A stretch of 55,464 nt of DNA from IMG/VR virus record IMGVR_UViG_3300025806_000001, positions 1-55,464 of that record; one strand, written 5' to 3'. Below are positions 17,484 to 25,926 of this stretch, one piece after another. The stretch is from a virus (lineage: Duplodnaviria; Caudoviricetes). Each line of letters begins with the position of its first letter. The stretch's first letter is position 1. The notes below the pieces were generated by a model. It was not told the DNA's origin. It did no database searches and saw only the letters and a list, made by a program, of their open reading frames with translations. Both the position numbers and the translations under genes were made by a program.

Positions 17484-17944
17484 TGGGAACAAAACCCGAG
17501 TCACAATTATGGTATAAACTCCGTGATGGAACCAAAGATCTAGGTGTGTTTTGGACACGCCTAGAATCATGGGCAAGTCCTGGAGTTCCTGACTTACACG
17601 GCATCGTCCAAGGTCATCCATTTTGGTTAGAACTCAAGGTTCACAGGTTAAAGTCCCTAAAGTCTATAACTCTACGTCCTCATCAAATTGCGTGGCAAAC
17701 AAGATATTCTATGAATGGAGGCTCAGTTTATAACTTGGTTCATCATCCTTCTTCCCATACCCTAAATATATTTGGCGGTGAGAGAGCGATACAGATAGCA
17801 GGAAACGGAGAATCATGGACACCTGATTGGAGTTCCCCGACACCGTACGATTGGACAGGTATCATCAATCATATTCTATCCTCAAAATCGTCCCATCACA
17901 ATGAGAAAGATATCCAATTTTCTCCCATGATAGAGGAAGAATGA
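17483..17944 (+). CDS. PD-(D/E)xK nuclease (VRR-NUC / Holliday junction resolvase-like)
   Basis: E...GVPDL...FWLELK...LRPHQIAW. Confidence 0.8.
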   Translation: MGTKPESQLWYKLRDGTKDLGVFWTRLESWASPGVPDLHGIVQGHPFWLELKVHRLKSLKSITLRPHQIAWQTRYSMNGGSVYNLVHHPSSHTLNIFGGERAIQIAGNGESWTPDWSSPTPYDWTGIINHILSSKSSHHNEKDIQFSPMIEEE

Positions 17945-18051
17945 TTATGACAAGGACTTGAGGATGATTGACGATGAACCATGATCCGTGGACGATGATT
18001 GACGATGACAAGACAGATGATGATTGACGATGACCGATGATTCTTGAGGAT
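17941..18051 (+). repeat. GATGA-rich short repeat array (GATGATTGACGATGA x3)
   Basis: Visible degenerate direct repeats. Confidence 0.8.
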
Positions 18052-18093
18052 TTTGCCGTCAATAAATAAAGATTATTTAAGAGTATAAAAGAC

Positions 18094-18122
18094 TTGCACC
18101 TGAGTTCACTATTTGCTATTCT
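18094..18122 (+). promoter_or_regulatory. Putative sigma70 promoter
   Basis: TTGCAC-N17-TATTCT with TG just upstream of the -10 and an A-rich upstream tract. Confidence 0.55.
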
Positions 18123-18180
18123 ATATATGTATCCAACGCATAGTGTGTTGGGACAGTGCTCGTAGAAAGGAGCTTCTATC

Positions 18181-18606
18181 ATGGCTAATACAGCTAAAAA
18201 GACTTCCCCTAAATCTGCCACTAAAAAGGTGGTAAAATCCGTTGAGTTAGTGGTCACTGACCAAGAGCTAACTTACGACGACATCTGGCATTTTGTACAG
18301 ACTCAGGCAGGTGGCAATGAGGCTAACGTGAAAATCGTACCTCTTGACAATGTTGACCTCAAGTCTGACGCACCTGTGCCATTTGGTTATGGTGGACGAG
18401 CAGGTGGTGTTCGTCAAAAAATTCAAGACTGGATGTTGCGTGGTGTTGATGGCGACCTCACACTAAAAGCGGTTCTCACTAAAGCCGCTCCATTAGGACA
18501 CAGTCGCAAAAAGCCTGTCTGTCTACACGCCCTCTTGCATGGTGGTTACTCACCGTCTAGTAAATACTGGATGACACCATATGTCAAACTCGTAGTACAA
18601 GCTTAA
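18181..18606 (+). CDS. Unknown-function protein, paralog A
   Basis: AGAAAGGAG SD; about 61% identical to 19035-19460 over 112 ungapped aa (hand count). Confidence 0.85.
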   Translation: MANTAKKTSPKSATKKVVKSVELVVTDQELTYDDIWHFVQTQAGGNEANVKIVPLDNVDLKSDAPVPFGYGGRAGGVRQKIQDWMLRGVDGDLTLKAVLTKAAPLGHSRKKPVCLHALLHGGYSPSSKYWMTPYVKLVVQA

Positions 18607-18610
18607 GGAT

Positions 18611-18633
18611 AAGGGGACTTCGGTCCCCTTTTT
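18611..18633 (+). terminator. Rho-independent terminator
   Basis: AAGGGGAC-TTCG-GTCCCCTT then TTT. Confidence 0.85.
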
Positions 18634-18716
18634 CTCTTATCCCATTCCCGAGGAAAATTGATGATTATCCCATTCCCGAGGAAGACCGACGACATATATG
18701 TATGAGTACATATATT

Positions 18717-18791
18717 AATCAATCATCCTCAAGTAATCATCATCAAGTAATCATCATCAAGTAATCATCATCAATCATCCTCGGGTCAATC
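18717..18791 (-). repeat. TCATC array (14-bp unit AAGTAATCATCATC x3), inverted relative to 17941-18051
   Basis: Tandem repeat; 18719-18734 is the exact reverse complement of 17956-17971. Confidence 0.85.
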
Positions 18792-18875
18792 TTTTATAAT
18801 CTTGTCTGGCAATTAAAGTTTGCTCCATGCAAACCGTTTTAATAATATTAGTAGTACAAACAAAAAGGGGTTCGT

Positions 18876-18935
18876 ATGTCATTCATAATAGTAGTCATAA
18901 TAATAGTCGGTATAATTAGTTTAATAAAAATGTAA
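18876..18935 (+). CDS. 19-aa hydrophobic peptide (absent from ORF track)
   Basis: MSFIIVVIIIVGIISLIKM; AAAGGGG SD; TTGCTC-N17-TAATAT at 18820-18848. Confidence 0.5.
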   Translation: MSFIIVVIIIVGIISLIKM

Positions 18936-19034
18936 AAAAGTTCACAAAAGGGGTTTACAATAATAGTGAACTATAGTAGAAAGAATATGTAGCCAATAAA
19001 GGTTACAGTCATAAACCGTAGAAAGGGTTCTCAA

Positions 19035-19460
19035 ATGACAAAAGCAAAAACAAAAACAACCGCCACTAAATCAGTCGCAGTAGCAACGCTACAAAATACT
19101 GGTACTCCTATCAACTACTCTGACATCTGGGCTTTCGTTCAAGCCGAAGCAGGTGGCAATGTACATAATGTACAGGTTCTTCCGCTTGACAATGTTAAGC
19201 TAGATTCAGATCAGCCAGTGCCGTTCGGTTACACTGGCAAGGTCGGCGGTGTTCGTGCCACAATCCAAGACTGGTTGCTAAAAGGTTATGAAGGTAATCA
19301 CAGTTTGTTTGCAATCCTTAATGCTGCGAAGCCACTAGGTCACAGCACTAAGTCGCCTATCTGTTTGTTGGCAATGCTTAACGGTGGTTATACTCCGAGC
19401 AGTTCAGTATATGGTACTGGCTATGTCAAACTGGTAGTTCAACCTCAAGCCACAGCCTAA
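19035..19460 (+). CDS. Unknown-function protein, paralog B
   Basis: AGAAAGGG SD; paralog of 18181-18606. Confidence 0.85.
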   Translation: MTKAKTKTTATKSVAVATLQNTGTPINYSDIWAFVQAEAGGNVHNVQVLPLDNVKLDSDQPVPFGYTGKVGGVRATIQDWLLKGYEGNHSLFAILNAAKPLGHSTKSPICLLAMLNGGYTPSSSVYGTGYVKLVVQPQATA

Positions 19461-19467
19461 CGTCAAC

Positions 19468-19493
19468 GGCTAGGGGGATGGGTCCCCCTAGCC
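19468..19493 (+). terminator. Strong hairpin after paralog B (no U tract)
   Basis: GGCTAGGGGGA-TGGG-TCCCCCTAGCC, 11-bp stem. Confidence 0.55.
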
Positions 19494-19720
19494 AATACTA
19501 AACTGAGCATTGCCCCCTCCCCCCCTACCACCCCCCCTGACGACGACCCTTGGTTATGTCGTTAGGTATAACCAAGTTTTAGATATTTCTTCGAGTACCA
19601 AAAACATTTTTCATGGATAGTGAACTGTGCTCGACGGAAAGCCTAGACGACGTACCCCCTATTGTGTGTTTTGATTATAGGTTCATTGCCCTTTGAAATT
19701 TTTCGATGTATTTTAAAAAT

Positions 19721-21187
19721 ATGAGCTTTGATTTAACGAACGTGCCAGAAGAGCATTTGAAAAAGTTTGCGACTTTATTAGACCGAGCTAAGGAAATTGG
19801 TGAGTCTGAGTTAGCCCGTGATGATTTTATGGCTTTTACAAAAGTTGTGTGGGAAGATTTTATAAATGGACGCCACCATAAGATAATGGCAGAGAAGTTT
19901 AACCGTTTGGCTCGTGGAGAGTTGAAACGATTAATCGTGAATATGCCACCTCGGCACACGAAATCTGAATTCGGAAGTTATTTATTACCTGCGTGGTTGA
20001 TGGGACGTAAGCCTACGTTAAAGATTATGCAGACGACGCACACTGCTGAGTTGGCGTTTAGATTTGGTCGTAAGACACGTAATTTAATGAACTCGGATGC
20101 GTATAAAAAAATTTTTGATGTAGAGTTGCGAGCGGATAGTCAGGCAGCGGGACGTTGGGAAACGTCAAGAGGTGGTGAATATTTTGCTGCGGGAGTTGGT
20201 GGTGCGGTTACTGGACGTGGTGCTGATTTGTTAATTATTGATGACCCCCATAGTGAACAAGATGCGTTAAGTCCTACGGCTATGGAACATGCTTATGAGT
20301 GGTATACGTCAGGACCACGGCAGAGGCTTCAACCTGGAGGGTCTATCGTGATTATTATGACCCGATGGGCAGAAAATGATTTAACAGGTAAGTTGTTGAA
20401 GCAGCAGGGGCGAGATGTTTTAGCTGATAAGTGGGAAGTTGTAGAGTTTCCTGCGTTGATGCCAGAGACTGGTGAGCCGTTGTGGGGTGAGTATTGGAAA
20501 AAGGAAGATTTACTTTCTGTTAAGGGCAGTTTATCAGTAGGTAAGTGGGAAGCTCAGTGGCAGCAAAACCCGACGAGTGAACAGTCAGCTATATTAAAGC
20601 GTGATTGGTGGAAGCGTTGGGAAAAGAAAGAGTTGCCCCCTTTGGAGTATGTGATGCAGAGTTATGATACTGCGTATAGTAAACAGACAACTGCTGATTA
20701 TAGTGCGATAACCACATGGGGTGTATTTTATCCTAGAGAAGGTGAACCACCAAACATTATTCTTGTAGATGCTCAGCGTGGACGATGGGATTTTCCTGAT
20801 TTGCGTAGGCGAGCGTTGGAAGAATACAAGTATTGGGATCCTGAATGTGTGTTAATTGAGGCGAAAGCTTCAGGTATGCCATTGACCCAAGAGTTGCGAA
20901 CTATGGGCATTCCAGTGCAAAATTATAGCCCGAGTAGAGGAAATGATAAGTTCACTCGTGTGAATTCAGTTGCACCTTTACTTGAAAGTGGGTTAGTATG
21001 GGCTCCAGATACTCGATGGGCAGAAGAAGTTGTTGAAGAGTGTGCTGCTTTTCCTGCAGGAGAGCATGATGATTATGTTGATACGGTTACGCAAGCGTTA
21101 CGCAGATTTAGAGAGGGCGGTTTTATTCAACACCCCGAAGATTATGAGGAAGAGGATACAGCTCCTAGAATAAGGAAGTATTATTAA
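19721..21187 (+). CDS. terL: Terminase large subunit
   Basis: MPPRHTKS Walker A, LLIIDDP Walker B, QSYDTA and HDDYVD nuclease motifs; start moved to 19721. Confidence 0.95.
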   Translation: MSFDLTNVPEEHLKKFATLLDRAKEIGESELARDDFMAFTKVVWEDFINGRHHKIMAEKFNRLARGELKRLIVNMPPRHTKSEFGSYLLPAWLMGRKPTLKIMQTTHTAELAFRFGRKTRNLMNSDAYKKIFDVELRADSQAAGRWETSRGGEYFAAGVGGAVTGRGADLLIIDDPHSEQDALSPTAMEHAYEWYTSGPRQRLQPGGSIVIIMTRWAENDLTGKLLKQQGRDVLADKWEVVEFPALMPETGEPLWGEYWKKEDLLSVKGSLSVGKWEAQWQQNPTSEQSAILKRDWWKRWEKKELPPLEYVMQSYDTAYSKQTTADYSAITTWGVFYPREGEPPNIILVDAQRGRWDFPDLRRRALEEYKYWDPECVLIEAKASGMPLTQELRTMGIPVQNYSPSRGNDKFTRVNSVAPLLESGLVWAPDTRWAEEVVEECAAFPAGEHDDYVDTVTQALRRFREGGFIQHPEDYEEEDTAPRIRKYY

Positions 21188-23565
21188 TGGCACAGAACCC
21201 ACGTCCAAGCAATATTGATAGAGCTTTAGTACAAGCCCCGAATGATTTCTTAAGTATAGAAGAAGAGGATCTTGCTCAACAGGAAGATGATTTTTTAAAT
21301 GTCGAGGTTGTTGAGAATGAAGAAGGTGCTGAAGTAAGTTTTGGTGAAGATGAAGTTACGTTTGGTGGTGAGCCAGAAAATTTCTATGATAATTTAGCCC
21401 CGATGGTTTCCGATGCTACATTGACAGGTGTAGCCAGTTATGTGTTAGATTCTGTAGAAGATGACCGTAATAGTCGCGATGATTGGGAAGATACCTATGT
21501 AAAGGGTTTAGATTTACTTGGTATGCGGTATGAAACCCGAAGTGAACCTTTTGAGGGTGCTACTGGAGTTATTCATCCCTTATTAAATGAGGCTGTTACG
21601 CAGTTTCAATCGCAAGCTTATAAAGAGATGTTGCCGAGTTCAGGACCTGTGCGAGCAAATATTGTGGGTACACCTACCCCAGATGCGGAACAACAGGCTC
21701 AACGTGTTCAAGATTACATGAATTACCAAATAATGTATGAAATGGAGGAGTATGAACCTGAGTTTGATCAGATGTTGTATTATCTTGGTTTGGCAGGAAG
21801 TGCGTTTAAGAAGGTATATCGTGATGAGGCGTTGGGCAGACCAGTAAGTAAGTTCATTCCTGCAGAAGATGTGCTTGTACCTTATGTTGCTACTGATTTA
21901 AAGACTGCTGAACGTGTTACTCATGTGATAAAAATGTCTAAAAATGAGTTACGCAAAATGCAAGTGTCGGGTGTTTACCTTGATATGGATAGTAAAGGTA
22001 GCACAAATGACAGTAGTGATTCAATTACCGATGCGTATGATGATATTGAGGGCAGATCACCGTCTGGTACTGATGAACAGTTTACATTATATGAGTGCCA
22101 TTGTTTCTTGGATCTCGAAGATTACCCTGATGTTGATACAACAGGTGAAGAAACAGGTATTAAGCTCCCTTATATTGTAACTGTTTGCCTAGATACGAAT
22201 GAAGTTTTGGCAATTAGGCGTAATTTCACCCCAGATGACCCTAAAAAAGATAAAATTCCACATTTTGTGCAGTATAAATTTACTCCAGGATTAGGTTTTT
22301 ATGGTTTTGGCTTAATTCACTTGCTTGGAAATTTATCTCGCACTGCTACAGCTAATTTACGTCAGTTAATTGACGCAGGTACGTTGAGTAATATGCCAGC
22401 AGGATTTAAAGCGAGAGGTTTACGCATTGCAGATGAGGCAAACCCATTATCTCCTGGAGAATTTAGGGATGTAGATGTTCCTGGAGGTGATTTAAAAGCT
22501 TCTTTAATGCCGTTACCTTATAAAGAACCCTCTGGAACGTTGTTTCAGTTGATGGGTTTTGTAGTAGAAGCAGCCCAACGCTTTATCGGGACAACTGATA
22601 TGGGTATGGGGCAGGGTAATACAGAAATGCCTGTCGGTACTACTATTGCATTATTGGAACGTGGCTCACGAATCGTGAGTGCGGTGCATAAACGGTTGCA
22701 TACGTCTATGAAATCAGAGTTAAGGATGCTTGGACGTTTGTTTGCAGAAGATCCTACCCCTTATCCGTACAATGTTGGTGTAGATGGTATGATTAAGATG
22801 CAAGATTTTGATAATCGTGTAGATATTTTACCAGTAAGTGACCCAAATATATTTAGTATGTCGCAAAGAGTTGTTTTAGCACAAGAACAGTTGAAATTAG
22901 CTCAGGCAGCACCTGAATTGCACAATTTATATGAGTCATATAAGCGTGTTTATGAGGCATTGGGCGTAAGTAATATCGAACAAATATTAAACCCAGAACC
23001 ACAGCCACAGCCGTTAGATCCGTCTACAGAAAACCAAGAGGCGAGTAAAGCAGCAGCAGGTCAGGGTAAAATGCAAGCATTTCCGCAACAAGACCATGAT
23101 GCACACATCGCAGTACATTCTGCGTATATGAATAGTAAGATTGCACAGTTGCAGCCACCGCTGTTAATGACATTAGAGAAACATATTTATGAACATTTGG
23201 GTATGAAAGCCCAAGTAATGCACGATCAACAGATGGCACAAGACCCACAGGCAGGACAGCAACCGCCTGAGGAACATGATAAGATGATTGCACAGATACA
23301 GGCACAATTAATTGCTGAGTATCAAAAAACGCAGCCACCTGCACAAGAAGATGACCCACTTGTACGCATAAAAGAGCAAGAGTTGCAGTTGCGTCAACAA
23401 GAGATGGTAGCTGACCAACAAAACGATCAGCAAAAACTTGCACTTGACCAACAACGTGCTCAACAAAACTTCCAGTTAGGGCGTGACCGTATAGATAGTA
23501 CGGAGGATATAGCTCAGATGCGAGCTCGTATTGCTCTGCAAAAACAAAATCAAACGAGGGGGTAA
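21187..23565 (+). CDS. Portal protein
   Basis: Follows TerL; HPLLNEAVTQFQ, GSAFKKVY, Q-rich helical C-terminus as in P22-like portals. Confidence 0.88.
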   Translation: MAQNPRPSNIDRALVQAPNDFLSIEEEDLAQQEDDFLNVEVVENEEGAEVSFGEDEVTFGGEPENFYDNLAPMVSDATLTGVASYVLDSVEDDRNSRDDWEDTYVKGLDLLGMRYETRSEPFEGATGVIHPLLNEAVTQFQSQAYKEMLPSSGPVRANIVGTPTPDAEQQAQRVQDYMNYQIMYEMEEYEPEFDQMLYYLGLAGSAFKKVYRDEALGRPVSKFIPAEDVLVPYVATDLKTAERVTHVIKMSKNELRKMQVSGVYLDMDSKGSTNDSSDSITDAYDDIEGRSPSGTDEQFTLYECHCFLDLEDYPDVDTTGEETGIKLPYIVTVCLDTNEVLAIRRNFTPDDPKKDKIPHFVQYKFTPGLGFYGFGLIHLLGNLSRTATANLRQLIDAGTLSNMPAGFKARGLRIADEANPLSPGEFRDVDVPGGDLKASLMPLPYKEPSGTLFQLMGFVVEAAQRFIGTTDMGMGQGNTEMPVGTTIALLERGSRIVSAVHKRLHTSMKSELRMLGRLFAEDPTPYPYNVGVDGMIKMQDFDNRVDILPVSDPNIFSMSQRVVLAQEQLKLAQAAPELHNLYESYKRVYEALGVSNIEQILNPEPQPQPLDPSTENQEASKAAAGQGKMQAFPQQDHDAHIAVHSAYMNSKIAQLQPPLLMTLEKHIYEHLGMKAQVMHDQQMAQDPQAGQQPPEEHDKMIAQIQAQLIAEYQKTQPPAQEDDPLVRIKEQELQLRQQEMVADQQNDQQKLALDQQRAQQNFQLGRDRIDSTEDIAQMRARIALQKQNQTRG

Positions 23566-23566
23566 T

Positions 23567-23794
23567 ATGGCTAAAAAGAAAACTAAAAATAAAAAAGAGG
23601 AGTCGTTTGATGTTGCGATTATTATTGGTGCTCCAAGCATGGGTAGAGAAACTAGGCGAGGTAGTCGTCAAAAATTGTCTCATGGTGGGCAGCCTTACTT
23701 TATGGGGAACGCCTATCCTTCCCCCGATACTGACAGGATTAGTCGTGGTGGTGGTGCTGCGTTTTCTGGGATAAAATTTAGAGGAGTTAAATAA
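23567..23794 (+). CDS. Small basic protein with xxGG motif
   Basis: KLSHGG, SRGGGAA..G.KFRG; start moved to 23567. Confidence 0.65.
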   Translation: MAKKKTKNKKEESFDVAIIIGAPSMGRETRRGSRQKLSHGGQPYFMGNAYPSPDTDRISRGGGAAFSGIKFRGVK

Positions 23795-24031
23795 ATGGGC
23801 GTATTTGATAAGCTAGGTGATTTTCTTGACCAAATTCAAACAACCGAACAATATACAAAAGAAACTTTAAAAAATGATGGGGGTAAAAAATCTAAAAACG
23901 CCAAAAATCCTCGTTATCCTGTTGCTGAACAGAAGCAAGGCGAAAGAGCAAGAATAAAAAAAGAATTGAATGATTCTTTTATTGCTATGTCAAAAGAAGT
24001 AAGAAGAAAAAAAGGTAAAGGAGGGCGATAA
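23795..24031 (+). CDS. Small basic hypothetical protein
   Basis: GAGGAG SD. Confidence 0.6.
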   Translation: MGVFDKLGDFLDQIQTTEQYTKETLKNDGGKKSKNAKNPRYPVAEQKQGERARIKKELNDSFIAMSKEVRRKKGKGGR

Positions 24032-24032
24032 A

Positions 24033-24305
24033 ATGGATAAACGATTAAAGCAGCTTATACAGTTAGCTGAAGAGGGCAATGAAGAAGCAGCCTCTGATAT
24101 TGCAAAAGAATTTCCTGCCCAATACGAAAAGATATTTGGTATTCCTATGCCTAAGTTGGTTAAAAAAAGTGGGGGAGGCATAATTGATAGAGAGCCTATA
24201 ACTCCTGCACAAGGAACTCAAAAAGATACCCCTGCAAAAAGAAAATCAAAACCTCAAGGGGTGGGTATTGCTAAAAAAGGATTTGGAAAAGCTTACATCC
24301 AATGA
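24033..24305 (+). CDS. Small hypothetical protein with xxGG motif
   Basis: KKSGGG; G.GIAKKGFGKA. Confidence 0.65.
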   Translation: MDKRLKQLIQLAEEGNEEAASDIAKEFPAQYEKIFGIPMPKLVKKSGGGIIDREPITPAQGTQKDTPAKRKSKPQGVGIAKKGFGKAYIQ

Positions 24306-24661
24306 CAGAGTTTAAAAAAGCAGATACTAACGGTAACGGAGTTATCGAAAAAGTTGAATGGAATAAACTAGCCTTGGAAGACCGTAGGCTAGAAATAGTT
24401 GATCGTGATTTAAAACGTAATGCTGAGCGTAGATTTACAGGTTTTGCATTAGCAGGGATGTTGATTTATCCGTTTATTATACTGCTTGCTTCAGTTTTAG
24501 GTTTTGATAAAGCAGCTACGTTGATTACCGATATTGCAAGTGTTTATGTGATTGCTGCTTCAGGTGTTGTGGCTGCGTTTATGGGATTCAACGCTTACTC
24601 TGCAAAGGCTGACAAAAAGTCATCAAGCATAAAGATGGAAGAACATAACAATGGAAAATGA
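24302..24661 (+). CDS. Two-TM membrane protein with EF-hand-like N-terminus (holin-like)
   Basis: DTNGNGVIEKVE plus two hydrophobic helices. Confidence 0.6.
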   Translation: MTEFKKADTNGNGVIEKVEWNKLALEDRRLEIVDRDLKRNAERRFTGFALAGMLIYPFIILLASVLGFDKAATLITDIASVYVIAASGVVAAFMGFNAYSAKADKKSSSIKMEEHNNGK

Positions 24662-24857
24662 TGTTATCATTGAGCAATCAGCTTCCACGATAGGCACTAA
24701 AACAATAAACATTGGGACAGGTGGCTCTAGTGATGTTGAAGCAGGAATCGAATTTATTTACCATATGCGTGAACATTTGTTAGATATTGGTGTAGCTACC
24801 GTTTACGGTCTTACTGTGTTTGCTTTGGTTATGTGGTTGAAAAAGAAACTCTCTTAA
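24651..24857 (+). CDS. Small membrane protein
   Basis: C-terminal hydrophobic helix followed by KKK. Confidence 0.6.
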   Translation: MENDVIIEQSASTIGTKTINIGTGGSSDVEAGIEFIYHMREHLLDIGVATVYGLTVFALVMWLKKKLS

Positions 24858-24866
24858 GGAAGCAAA

Positions 24867-25538
24867 ATGGCAAACATTTACACTCCTAAAGAAAATGAAG
24901 AAATTCTAACTCCTTTTAGTCCTGTAATGGGGTATAAAAAAATGTCTGATGCGTTTGTACAGAAATGTAATAACGCAGTAAACGATGAAATGGAAGATTG
25001 GTCAGGCAACCTTGTAGGCAAGGTTAGCCAAGAATTAAAATTCACAGATGAACTCAATCAAGCATGGTCTGAAGAGTTTGGTCAGTTTTTAATGAAATAT
25101 CAAAGTCATGCAGAGTTGTATACTTCTATGGGTAAACGCAACATAACGCCTGATATATTTGATTATAGATTAGAAATAACAAGTGGTTGGTTTGTTCGTC
25201 AGTTTGAAAATGAATATAACCCTATACATACTCACCAAGGGTCATTACTTTCTTGCGTTGGCTATTTACAATTACCTGACGGAATAGAAAAAGAGTGGGA
25301 AGAAGATTACAAAGATCACCACCCTAGTCATGGTCATATACAATTTATTCATGGGCAAGCAGCGAACCATGAAGGTTCTAATTTTTTGATGAAACCAACA
25401 GTAGGTGACTTTATAGTTTTTCCTGCTCATTTACACCATTGTGTTTACCCTTTTAAAACTATTGGCGAAAGAAGGTCTTTTAGTGTAAACTTCACTATAG
25501 CTGCATCACCAAAGGAGAAAACAAATGAGCATAATTAG
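24867..25538 (+). CDS. Putative 2OG-Fe(II) oxygenase
   Basis: NPIHTH, LSCVGYL, GDFIVFPAHLHHCVYP, ERRSFSVN. Confidence 0.75.
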   Translation: MANIYTPKENEEILTPFSPVMGYKKMSDAFVQKCNNAVNDEMEDWSGNLVGKVSQELKFTDELNQAWSEEFGQFLMKYQSHAELYTSMGKRNITPDIFDYRLEITSGWFVRQFENEYNPIHTHQGSLLSCVGYLQLPDGIEKEWEEDYKDHHPSHGHIQFIHGQAANHEGSNFLMKPTVGDFIVFPAHLHHCVYPFKTIGERRSFSVNFTIAASPKEKTNEHN

Positions 25539-25926
25539 CAGTCTCATAGGTCCTGTTTCTGGAATACTAGATAAAGTTATAGAAGATAAAGATCAAAAAG
25601 CTCAGTTGGCACACGAAATTGCCACTATGTCTGATACTCATGCCCAACAAGCTTTGCTCGCACAATTAGAGATAAATAAAGCGGAAGCTGCATCGGGTAG
25701 TTTGTTTAAAGGAGGTTGGCGACCTTTTGTAGGATGGACATGTGGTGTTGCCTTATTGTACCACTTTATTTTAACTCCGTTGATTTTGTTTGGGGTAAGC
25801 CTTTCAGGAGCTACTATACCGCCTCTACCTGAATTTGATATGAGCAGTTTAATGACAGTATTGATGGGTATGCTCGGTTTAGGTGGATTACGAACTTATG
25901 AGAAACAAAAAGGATTAACAAAGTGA
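25525..25926 (+). CDS. Holin (GTA_holin_3TM-like)
   Basis: GWRPFVGW, LMGMLGLGGLRTYEK; adjacent to endolysin. Confidence 0.85.
   Translation: MSIISSLIGPVSGILDKVIEDKDQKAQLAHEIATMSDTHAQQALLAQLEINKAEAASGSLFKGGWRPFVGWTCGVALLYHFILTPLILFGVSLSGATIPPLPEFDMSSLMTVLMGMLGLGGLRTYEKQKGLTK

Noticed and set aside
17941-18791. Mini-CRISPR array
   Set aside because: Units are 14-16 nt, tandem or irregular, with no unique 30-40 nt spacers and no cas genes
23024-23683. 219-aa minus-strand ORF and the other short antisense ORFs in the track
   Set aside because: They shadow well-supported + strand genes and show no recognisable motifs
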